From a virus, in IMG/VR virus record IMGVR_UViG_3300025018_000383: a stretch of DNA of 32,374 bases, one strand, 5' to 3'. The notes beneath the pieces were generated by a model, which searched no databases, was not told the DNA's origin, and saw only the letters and a program-made list of their open reading frames with translations. Below, piece by piece: positions 16,605-23,462 of the stretch (positions are counted from its first letter, which is position 1; each line of letters opens with the position of its first letter). A program made the translations under genes and the position numbers.

Positions 16605-17006
16605 ATGACTAGCACAATCACCTACGCCGACGGTTGGTTGACCGATAAAAACTTTAACCGGGCGAGCGTCGAGTACTTCGGATCACGCGCGAAAGCAGAA
16701 GCGGCTTTGCGGTCATTAAAGGATTGCCGCAATTGCACCAATTGCCGCTATTGTTCGGCCTGTTACCAATGTGTTGGCTGCTTCGGATGCTCCGGATGCA
16801 GCGATTGCAAAGACTGCGCCGGATGCGATTACTGCAACAGGTGCGCTCTCTGTATCCGGTGCATCTTTTGTCTCGGTTGCCGCCGTTGCACAGACTGCAC
16901 CAGGTGCGGCACCTGCAAGAATTGCGACCGCTGCGTTAATTGCCACGATCGCACGCGGTGCGCCGATTGCACCTATCTTTCCCAGCCCAAGGAGCAAGAC
17001 CAATGA
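16605..17006 (+). CDS. Cysteine-triplet-repeat protein (133 aa): a 40-aa N-terminal domain followed by (C-x-x)25 and two more in-phase Cys
   Basis: ATG at 16605 with GGAG 8 nt upstream. I verified the translation codon by codon: DC RNC TNC RYC SAC YQC VGC FGC SGC SDC KDC AGC DYC NRC ALC IRC IFC LGC RRC TDC TRC GTC KNC DRC VNC HDRTRC ADC. The stop overlaps the next ATG (ATGA). Confidence 0.75.
   Translation: MTSTITYADGWLTDKNFNRASVEYFGSRAKAEAALRSLKDCRNCTNCRYCSACYQCVGCFGCSGCSDCKDCAGCDYCNRCALCIRCIFCLGCRRCTDCTRCGTCKNCDRCVNCHDRTRCADCTYLSQPKEQDQ
16725..16970 (+). repeat. Degenerate 9-nt periodic coding repeat (TGY-N6)n
   Basis: Cys codons occur exactly every 9 nt from 16725 to 16943, then at 16959 and 16968 in the same phase. 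This also explains the spurious open frames on both strands here. Confidence 0.9.
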
Positions 17007-17494
17007 CCTACTACATCATCGAGACCCAATATGTCGGCGGCAACCGCGACACGGCCAGCCTCAACCGCCACACTGTCCAGATTTGCACGATGCCGGCCGC
17101 CGAGTATGGCGACGGCCAGCCAGTCACAAGCGGATGGTGCGGCGAGGATGCCGGCGTAGCGACATTTGCCCACGGCGAATACCAGACACTCGACGCGGCG
17201 CGGGATGCGGTTGAAGCTCTGTTTGAGGATATCGGAGAGGATGCATGCGCGTCCCAAGACAGGTCCGTGGCAGAGACCTACCGAGTGGGCAGGTACACCT
17301 TGAGCCAGATCGACACGGAAGCCTACATCAACGATGCGCTTGCTGAGCCATCGTCGGAGACGCTCACGGCCGAAACCCTGCTCGACATCGCCGCCATGAT
17401 TGTAGAGGCGGCGGCTGGGGACAACCTTGAACTGACCGGCACTCTCGCGATTTTGCAGCGGCGGTTAGCGGAAGCCAGCAGTGAGACCGAATAA
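17003..17494 (+). CDS. Hyperacidic, lysine-free protein (163 aa)
   Basis: ATG at 17003 overlaps the upstream TGA, with AGGAG 8 nt upstream. By hand count there are 12 D plus 17 E against 8 R and 0 K. Confidence 0.7.
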   Translation: MTYYIIETQYVGGNRDTASLNRHTVQICTMPAAEYGDGQPVTSGWCGEDAGVATFAHGEYQTLDAARDAVEALFEDIGEDACASQDRSVAETYRVGRYTLSQIDTEAYINDALAEPSSETLTAETLLDIAAMIVEAAAGDNLELTGTLAILQRRLAEASSETE

Positions 17495-17515
17495 CAAACT
17501 GGACGATTTGTGTTC

Positions 17516-17539
17516 CCGGCGAGCGGATGCGCTCGCCGG
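17516..17539 (+). promoter_or_regulatory. Perfect 10-bp GC-rich hairpin CCGGCGAGCG-gatg-CGCTCGCCGG between early genes
   Basis: Read directly. There is no following T-run, so it is not a canonical intrinsic terminator. Confidence 0.4.
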
Positions 17540-17559
17540 AGCAACAGAAAGGCGATGAA

Positions 17560-17781
17560 ATGACGAACCGAGATCCTGCCGCCCGGCTGAATGGCGCCGG
17601 GCACCTTTTGGAAGGCGAGCCCACGCTCCTGATCGCGCATCGGTTGGCGGTCGAAGACTATGTTCTGGCCATGCGGGTGAACGATTACAGCGGGGCCGAT
17701 GAAGCCGAAGAGGCAATCGGCTATATCGAGGGGCGGCTTCGAGAGCGGGGCGTGCCGTTTGCCCCATGGGTGCCGGAATGA
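17560..17781 (+). CDS. Small acidic protein (73 aa), unknown
   Basis: ATG at 17560 after AAAGG. The listed upstream start at 17527 lies inside the hairpin. The stop overlaps the next ATG (ATGA). Confidence 0.55.
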   Translation: MTNRDPAARLNGAGHLLEGEPTLLIAHRLAVEDYVLAMRVNDYSGADEAEEAIGYIEGRLRERGVPFAPWVPE

Positions 17782-18176
17782 CGATGGTCACACCAGCGGA
17801 AATCCGCGCCGCGCGCAAAGCCGCCGGGCTCACCCAGCAACAATTGGCCGATTTGCTGGGTTTTGAGCGGACACACATCACGTCTTGCGAGACGGGCCGG
17901 CGGACGCTCGACCAGTGTGCGAGGCTTCTTGTTCGCGGGCTCGAACGGTACGGCCTGAACTTTTTGCTGTCCCTTATGGATCATCCCGCGGCAGCTGAGC
18001 CGGGCAGACCTGGCGACGAATTGGTGTCCGCAACTTCCGGCGCTCGCGTCACGATCGACTCGCGGCCAGGATCATTTGTCATCCGCGATCAAACCGGCGC
18101 GCAGCTTGGCATCGCCGATCGGGGGCTTGCGGAGGCCATAGGATGCAGGCTGATTGCCTGGGCAGCCAGGAAATGA
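17778..18176 (+). CDS. XRE-family helix-turn-helix regulator (132 aa)
   Basis: Motif IRAARKAAGLTQQQLADLLGFERTHITSCETGRR is a classic HTH_3. A C-terminal domain of about 70 aa follows it. Candidate immunity or early regulator. Confidence 0.8.
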   Translation: MTMVTPAEIRAARKAAGLTQQQLADLLGFERTHITSCETGRRTLDQCARLLVRGLERYGLNFLLSLMDHPAAAEPGRPGDELVSATSGARVTIDSRPGSFVIRDQTGAQLGIADRGLAEAIGCRLIAWAARK

Positions 18177-18293
18177 TCGCCCTGAACGGCACTACCGCAA
18201 TGACGATGCGTTTTGTCCTTGCAGTAGTCCAAAAATAGCCGCACCATTCACTTGCGCATCACGCGCGCCGTTATCGCCTGAAAGGATACGTTA

Positions 18294-18548
18294 ATGTTTC
18301 CGCAAACTCCCATCGTGCCAACCCCTCCTGATGTCATTTACAAGGTTCAAGCCGGCCGCGCCGGCAAGATCGAGTTCGTCAACCGCGCAAGCGCCGAAGC
18401 GTACCTCGCATTCCGCGGCTACAAAACTGCGACAATCGAGCATTGGTGCAATGGGCAAATCCTAGGCTTTGCCGCCTATGTCGACGGCAAAGCTGTCGCG
18501 CTCAAAGGCACGTTTGATCGCAATCTTATCGACGACACCAAGGCCTGA
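18294..18548 (+). CDS. Hypothetical protein (84 aa)
   Basis: ORF follows a 117-nt gap, with AAAGGA 8 nt upstream of the ATG. Confidence 0.55.
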   Translation: MFPQTPIVPTPPDVIYKVQAGRAGKIEFVNRASAEAYLAFRGYKTATIEHWCNGQILGFAAYVDGKAVALKGTFDRNLIDDTKA

Positions 18549-18562
18549 CAGGAGGGTGCAAT

Positions 18563-19045
18563 ATGCTTAACCAAACCTTGAGCAACGACAGGGGGTTGCC
18601 GGCGACCACCAGCGTGTCCCCGTCAAAGCGGCGTAAACTGACAGCAGATCAGCGCGCTATCGTCCGGCATCAATTCGAGACCAACCCCAAGACACTGGAT
18701 ATCATTGCGGCGGTCTGCCAGCGCCTGTTGGGCATCGAGATTTCGGCCCGGCAAATCTACGAGATGGCACGGACTGACGGCTGGCTGTCGCCGGTGCGGC
18801 GTCGGACGCAGGCGCGCAAGTGGTCCATCCAGGACGTGGAGAAGGATACCACGGCACGCGATACTGTCACCCCCTGCAATAATAGCACTGCCGGTGCCAC
18901 GTGCATGTGGGTCATCGGCCAACGGCCCCATGTCGGCTCGCACTATTGCAGGCAGCCGGTCGCAGAAGGCTATGCCTTTTGCGCCGATCACTGTCACGTG
19001 GCCTATACCGCCTGGCCCAAGCCACGCGACCAGGAGGGCTTCTGA
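18563..19045 (+). CDS. GcrA-like cell-cycle regulator homologue (160 aa)
   Basis: C-terminus CMWVIGQRPHVGSHYCRQPVAEGYAFCADHCHVAYT matches the GcrA C-terminal pattern C-[KM]-W-x-IG...[FY]C...G..[YF]C..H..VAY. The N-terminus is HTH-like (LDIIAAVCQRLLGIEISARQIYEMAR). Confidence 0.6.
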   Translation: MLNQTLSNDRGLPATTSVSPSKRRKLTADQRAIVRHQFETNPKTLDIIAAVCQRLLGIEISARQIYEMARTDGWLSPVRRRTQARKWSIQDVEKDTTARDTVTPCNNSTAGATCMWVIGQRPHVGSHYCRQPVAEGYAFCADHCHVAYTAWPKPRDQEGF

Positions 19046-19317
19046 TGAAGGTGGAGGCTTTGAACGGTGTCGGCCAGTCGCCCGCTGCCGAAATCCTCGC
19101 GTACCTGCACAGCTCGCGGCGGTTCGCCGAGCGTGTTCAAGAACTGTGCGAGACGATGGGCGGGATCCCGACGCCGCCATGCGAATGTCCGGTGGAGGTT
19201 GCTGGCGACAGCCTGCTGGCAAAACTGATAACGGCCACTCGGCAGGCCGATCTTCAGCTGTGCGCGGGCTACGCGATGCTTGAAGATTTCGAACAACTTT
19301 TGGACGTCGAACGATGA
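19045..19317 (+). CDS. Hypothetical protein (90 aa)
   Basis: ATG at 19045 overlaps the upstream TGA (TGATG). The listed N-terminal extension from 18901 overlaps the GcrA-like CDS. Confidence 0.5.
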   Translation: MKVEALNGVGQSPAAEILAYLHSSRRFAERVQELCETMGGIPTPPCECPVEVAGDSLLAKLITATRQADLQLCAGYAMLEDFEQLLDVER

Positions 19318-19868
19318 TGAGCCCAAGCCCCATGACAGGACTGTTAATGCCCAGCGGGCGGGTGATCCGCGTGTCCGCGGCTGACGCTAGTCAGATTCAT
19401 TGGCCAGACCTCGCGGAGGTTGCTGCGAAGACATGCTACTTCCATGGGCTCGCACCTGGTGGCATCGTCTCGCACGCCCAACTCGGGTGTCTGGTCCATG
19501 ACCAGGTGCCGCCAAAATTCCGGTGCTGCGCCCTTGTGTTCGGGGCATCCGCCGTCCTCATCCAGTGCTACCATTTCATGCTCGGTGAGGATTGCGAGCG
19601 GCTGATCGATCTGGTCTGCCAGCGCACTGGCGACCCTGCCGCTATCGCCGCCAACTGGCCGGACGAAGTCGTCGCTATGACGCGCGCCATTGCAACAGCG
19701 GCTGGTCACGATACGTTGGCGCCAGCGCAACCGCGCGCGAACGCGTGGCCACGGTGCGACGATCCGCGGCCGCAGACCATTCCGCTGATCACGCCGTGGC
19801 CCTGGAAGACGGCGATGGCCGAATGGCTGGCTCGTGCCAAAGCTGCCGGCCTGACGTGGGAGGGCTGA
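19314..19868 (+). CDS. Hypothetical protein (184 aa)
   Basis: ATGA overlap with the upstream stop. Cys/Trp-rich. There is a faint resemblance to phage HD-domain proteins, but the HD dyad is not present. Confidence 0.55.
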   Translation: MMSPSPMTGLLMPSGRVIRVSAADASQIHWPDLAEVAAKTCYFHGLAPGGIVSHAQLGCLVHDQVPPKFRCCALVFGASAVLIQCYHFMLGEDCERLIDLVCQRTGDPAAIAANWPDEVVAMTRAIATAAGHDTLAPAQPRANAWPRCDDPRPQTIPLITPWPWKTAMAEWLARAKAAGLTWEG

Positions 19869-19872
19869 ACCG

Positions 19873-20217
19873 ATGCCGCCTACCGTCGTCTGCCCTACTT
19901 GCTGTCAGGCGTTGCCGGCCGGGGCGCAGGGCCAAGGCGCTGCTGCGCTCGAACTGGCTGCCGATTTGAGGCTAGGCGGGCAGCAGCGCCTTATCTTTCT
20001 GCACCTCGCTGAAGCCGGACGACGGGGATCGTCAATCGCCAAAATCATTGATGCGCTCTACGTGGATGATCCAGAAGGCCGCGCGCTCACCGCGAAGGAC
20101 GGCGTGCGGGTGGTCGTCCACCACCTACGCCGACGGCTGGCCATCACATCCTGGCGGGTGGAGACAATCTTGGGTTTTGGTTACCGCCTTGTGACACCCA
20201 CGCAAGAAACATCATGA
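19873..20217 (+). CDS. Winged-helix DNA-binding protein, OmpR/PhoB C-terminal type (114 aa)
   Basis: Pattern LIFLHL...SIAKIIDALY...VVVHHLRRRL...VETILGFGYRLV matches the Trans_reg_C layout. N-terminal CPTCC. Confidence 0.55.
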   Translation: MPPTVVCPTCCQALPAGAQGQGAAALELAADLRLGGQQRLIFLHLAEAGRRGSSIAKIIDALYVDDPEGRALTAKDGVRVVVHHLRRRLAITSWRVETILGFGYRLVTPTQETS

Positions 20218-20612
20218 AACACGCAAAATCTCTGACATTCGCGTTGTCGATCCGGCAACCCTGGGCCTGGCTGGTCGTTAACGGACATAAGCGCCTAGAA
20301 AACCGCACCTGGGAGACACGCTTTCGCGGGGGCATCCTCATTCACACGGGGCAGCGTGTCGTCCCGGGCGACTATGACCTGGCCAGATGTCTGGCCGAGG
20401 CTGACGGAGTGACAATTCCTCCACTCCGTCAGCTGCCACGCGGGGGCATCGTCGGTCGGGCGGATATTACCTACGTCATCAACTATTCGACCAGCCATTG
20501 GTTCTTTGGACCGGTCGCGTTTGTTCTCGAAAACGCGGCGCCCTTGCCGTTTCGCCCGCTCCGAGGCCAGCTGCGTCTGTTTCCGGTAGATCCCTTCGCG
20601 ACCTGTGAGTGA
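20214..20612 (+). CDS. ASCH domain protein (132 aa)
   Basis: SIRQPWAWLVVNGHKRLENRTW...GGILIH is the characteristic ASCH N-terminal signature. ATGA overlap with the upstream gene. Confidence 0.7.
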   Translation: MKHAKSLTFALSIRQPWAWLVVNGHKRLENRTWETRFRGGILIHTGQRVVPGDYDLARCLAEADGVTIPPLRQLPRGGIVGRADITYVINYSTSHWFFGPVAFVLENAAPLPFRPLRGQLRLFPVDPFATCE

Positions 20613-20629
20613 CATTAGGAGCCCCAGCC

Positions 20630-21820
20630 ATGGCACGTCAGAAAATTCCGTATCTCGTCCAGAAAGCCAGCGGCTGGCATTGGCAGCCAGCTAAGGCGTT
20701 GCGTGTCGCCGGCTGGCCGGCGGTGGCACTGGGTAAGGAACGCGCCCAAGCTATCGACCAGGCCATCAAGCGCAACGATCAGGTGGCAGCCTGGCGCAGA
20801 CGGGCCGATGCTGATGCGCCGGTGCCGACCCCGGCCGTGACTGGCAGTATCTTGGTTGCAGATCTGATCGACCGTTTCGCCGGCTCCCGCAGTTTTACGG
20901 CATTGGCTCCCAACAGCCGACGTTGCTACCACTGGTGCCTGCACCAGATCAAAGACTGGTGCGGCGACAGGCCTGCCAGCACGCTGGATGCCACGCTGCT
21001 GCGGGATTGGTATCACTCGACCCATGACCGACACCCGGCCAAAGCCAATGCCCTGCTTGCCATGATGCACACGCTCCTCCGCTTCGCCGCTGATTGCGAG
21101 CTCGTGACCGGTCCAAATCCGGCCGCGAGGGTGCGGCGCCGCAAGGTCCGGCCGGCGGAGCGACCGCTCTGGCGGCCGGATCAGGTCCGCCATGTGGTTG
21201 CCACTGCCGATCGGATGGTGGACGGCCTTGGCTGCGGATACTACTCGGTTGGGACCGTGATCCTCACGAATTATTGGCTGGGGCAGCGCCTGAACGATAT
21301 TTTGGCCTTACCGATCCGCCCGATCCAGGATGGTCGCACCGTGATCGCGCAGCACAAGACCAATGCCCGCGTCTCGCTGCCCAGTGGCATGGTGGAGGAG
21401 CTGGTGGTGCGGCTCGACCAGCAGGCTCGACAGTCGGCCGCTGTACAGGCCGGCGCCGTTGTCCAGCCGATGGCACTAATTATCAGCGAGGCGACCCGTC
21501 GCCCTTATACCGAGGCTGGCGACACCACCCACCATTTCGGTCGTCGGTTCCGGGCGGTCCGCGCCGAAGCGTCCAGGACTATGCCGGATTGCGCCGGCCT
21601 GCATCCGCAGATGCTGCGCCACACTGCGGTCGTCGCGTTGGCAGACGCGGGTTGCACCGTCCCCGAAATTGCCGCGATCTCCGGCCATTCGCTGGCCAGC
21701 GTCCATGGCATCCTGCAACGCTATCTCCGCGCCACGGCGGTTCAGGCGGCGAACGCCATGCGCAAGCGGCTAGCGGCCAGCGAAAATGCGGTGGCTGTGC
21801 GACAGGAAAAGGCCCAGTAG
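20630..21820 (+). CDS. int: Tyrosine recombinase / phage integrase (396 aa)
   Basis: C-terminal catalytic region HPQMLRHTAVVALADAGCTVPEIAAISGHS...LQRYL (R, H-x-x-R, H, Y). ATG at 20630 with AGGAG upstream; an alternative start lies at 20609. Confidence 0.9.
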   Translation: MARQKIPYLVQKASGWHWQPAKALRVAGWPAVALGKERAQAIDQAIKRNDQVAAWRRRADADAPVPTPAVTGSILVADLIDRFAGSRSFTALAPNSRRCYHWCLHQIKDWCGDRPASTLDATLLRDWYHSTHDRHPAKANALLAMMHTLLRFAADCELVTGPNPAARVRRRKVRPAERPLWRPDQVRHVVATADRMVDGLGCGYYSVGTVILTNYWLGQRLNDILALPIRPIQDGRTVIAQHKTNARVSLPSGMVEELVVRLDQQARQSAAVQAGAVVQPMALIISEATRRPYTEAGDTTHHFGRRFRAVRAEASRTMPDCAGLHPQMLRHTAVVALADAGCTVPEIAAISGHSLASVHGILQRYLRATAVQAANAMRKRLAASENAVAVRQEKAQ

Positions 21821-21956
21821 GAGTGTGCCCACCAGGCCCTTTGCCTCTGCGATCATGCCATTCTCTTTCGTTGCGCTTGGCGGCGGCGGCGCTGGCGCAG
21901 CAGCGTTGCGATGTGGCCGCGCAATTCTCTGGTCGCGGCTGCTTCCGCCTCCGTCG

Positions 21957-22232
21957 CTAGTCTGGCTCGTCTTTCAGCCGCTGCAAGGCGACGCTTAGCC
22001 GTTTCGTCAGACGGGTACTGGCCTCTATCCGATCGGTCAGGCGGGCAATTTCTTTGATCCTCGCCGCATGCATCTCTTGGTGCATTCGATCCGTGCGGCC
22101 GCGCTCGTGGCGCAAGTCTCGGTAGATGACATAGCAGGCCCACAAACTTCCGAAGACCATGGCCGAGAGCAGCAGCCGCACGTCGTCCCACGTCCGCAAC
22201 CGTTCGATGAGAACCGTCAGCAATTCTCCCAT
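21957..22232 (-). CDS. TM plus coiled-coil protein (91 aa), i-spanin-like or other lysis/membrane protein
   Basis: N-terminal TM segment LLLSAMVFGSLWACYVIY followed by an R/E/L-rich helix. It is the last gene of the leftward arm. The competing overlapping ORF 21853..22248 is Arg/Ala-rich and less protein-like. Confidence 0.5.
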   Translation of the reverse strand: MGELLTVLIERLRTWDDVRLLLSAMVFGSLWACYVIYRDLRHERGRTDRMHQEMHAARIKEIARLTDRIEASTRLTKRLSVALQRLKDEPD

Positions 22233-22267
22233 TTCCCACGCTCACCATGTCACGACCTCATCCATCG

Positions 22268-22591
22268 CTATCGGAACACCGGCGGCTGCCAGGTGCCGAG
22301 GTTGTCCGGCCGGCCGTCTGGGCCCGGCCGGCCGGTGTCATTGTCCCAGCAGTCCACACCCACCAGCGAGTAGGCGCCATCCGGCGATTGCACGTACCGG
22401 CCCAGCCGCAGGGCCGTTGCCGCTCGTTGGTTCGGCCCGGCCGGGCACACCACCTCGCCCATCACCTTTGCAACCTGGTCATTGACTTGCGCGCATCCGC
22501 CCAGCCACATGACAGCGGCGACCAAGACAAGGCGACGGGTTCTGATGCCGGCCAATTCGTGGCAACGGCTTTTTGGTTCGAGTGGCATCAT
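22268..22591 (-). CDS. Lipoprotein (107 aa)
   Basis: Internal ATG at 22591 overlaps the upstream stop (ATGA). Signal peptide with lipobox LVLVAAVMWLGGC. The longer listed ORF (to 22885) overlaps two upstream genes. Confidence 0.6.
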   Translation of the reverse strand: MMPLEPKSRCHELAGIRTRRLVLVAAVMWLGGCAQVNDQVAKVMGEVVCPAGPNQRAATALRLGRYVQSPDGAYSLVGVDCWDNDTGRPGPDGRPDNLGTWQPPVFR

Positions 22592-22818
22592 TTCATTTTG
22601 CCTTTCACGACGTGTTGGACGTCCTCTAACGCTTTGACCAGGTGCGGCGGCAGGCTGGCACGGATGGACGGCCAGGTGGCGGCGAGGATGCCAGCGCCGA
22701 CCATCGCCGCCCCTACCAGCTCTTCGTCTTCCAGGCCCGCCAGATAACCGAGGCCTGCACCGACCAAGGCGCCAAGACCGCCCTGTACCGATGCGGCCGC
22801 GGCAATAATTTTCTGCAT
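22588..22818 (-). CDS. Holin-like two-TM protein (76 aa)
   Basis: ATG at 22818 preceded by GGAGGG at 8 nt spacing; an alternative GTG at 22836 overlaps the upstream stop. Two glycine-zipper hydrophobic helices and a charged C-terminal tail (VVKGKMK). Confidence 0.55.
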   Translation of the reverse strand: MQKIIAAAASVQGGLGALVGAGLGYLAGLEDEELVGAAMVGAGILAATWPSIRASLPPHLVKALEDVQHVVKGKMK

Positions 22819-22832
22819 GGGCTTGCCCTCCG

Positions 22833-23462
22833 TCACGACACCGCGACCGACCAGTCGTCGAACGGATCCCTGGAGTTATCCCCATAGCCGCCTATGCCGG
22901 CATAGGTTCCGCCCGCTGCCGCAACATCGGCAAGTGCGGTCGGCCCATAGATGATCCCATCTGTTGCTGTGGAAATCGTCAGCGCGCCCGCAGACCAGGT
23001 CGCGGTCCACACCCCGGCCGGGTTGGTGGTCGCGCCCAATCCGGCCGCCACCACCGTTACCGTGCCAGCTATTCGTTTCCACACCCTCACTCTTCTATCT
23101 TCCTTCATGACAAACAACCCGTTGTTGCCGGCTGCATCGCACGCGAGCGCCAGGCTTACTGAACTGCGATAGGAATCAATTGGCGCCACAAGCGTCCCTC
23201 GCACCACCATGTCGGTCTGGCCAAAATCGCGCAGAACCACCGCATCCAAGCTCAGTGCCGGAAATCCGGCGGCGCCGTTATAGATCGCTCGATTGCTCAA
23301 CACCTCCAGCGTGTTGGCCGCGCCGATCGGTTGCGACCAGCCGGCATCAAGCGCGGTAAGATCTGTGCCGTCGGCGGCGGTAAAGGTTTCGGTAAAAGGA
23401 TATGGCCCGCCACCGGCGCCCGCTGCCTCTGCCAGTGCTGTCAGCATGCCCAGGAACGACAT
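22833..23462 (-). CDS. Beta-rich protein (209 aa), possibly a lectin/LamG-like jelly-roll tail accessory
   Basis: TAATG overlap with the upstream gene. Beta-strand-like composition ending in DPFDDWSVAVS. No muralytic motif recognised. Confidence 0.45.
   Translation of the reverse strand: MSFLGMLTALAEAAGAGGGPYPFTETFTAADGTDLTALDAGWSQPIGAANTLEVLSNRAIYNGAAGFPALSLDAVVLRDFGQTDMVVRGTLVAPIDSYRSSVSLALACDAAGNNGLFVMKEDRRVRVWKRIAGTVTVVAAGLGATTNPAGVWTATWSAGALTISTATDGIIYGPTALADVAAAGGTYAGIGGYGDNSRDPFDDWSVAVS

Noticed and set aside
16716-17214. The extra ORFs over the Cys-repeat region: 16716..17003 minus, 16724..16939 plus and 16771..17214 plus.
   Set aside because: The 9-nt periodic, stop-poor repeat keeps several frames open by construction. 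Only the TGY-phased frame has an SD, a sensible N-terminal domain and coupling to the next gene.
18177-18293. A possible promoter or terminator in the 117-nt gap before 18294, including the imperfect stem ACTACCGCAA/TTGCAGTAGT and a 12-codon ORF.
   Set aside because: The stem has a mismatch and an 18-nt loop with no T-run. There is no convincing -35/-10 pair. The mini-ORF lacks an SD. Too weak to report as a feature.
19314-19868. The 184-aa protein as an HD-domain phosphohydrolase.
   Set aside because: The only resemblance is a vague layout (YFHG...VSHAQLGCLV...ALVFGAS). The His-Asp dyad position reads FG, so I cannot support the call. At best it is a degenerate relative, and a profile search is needed.
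21853-22248. The alternative 131-aa ORF overlapping the 91-aa TM/coiled-coil gene.
   Set aside because: It is Arg/Ala-rich and low-complexity, without a hydrophobic core. The 91-aa frame gives a clean TM helix plus amphipathic helix. This call is not certain.
22592-22885. The long version of the lipoprotein ORF (22268..22885, 205 aa).
   Set aside because: Its N-terminal 98 residues are Arg/Gly-rich and overlap the holin-like and 209-aa genes. The internal ATG at 22591 gives a canonical signal peptide plus lipobox and an ATGA junction.
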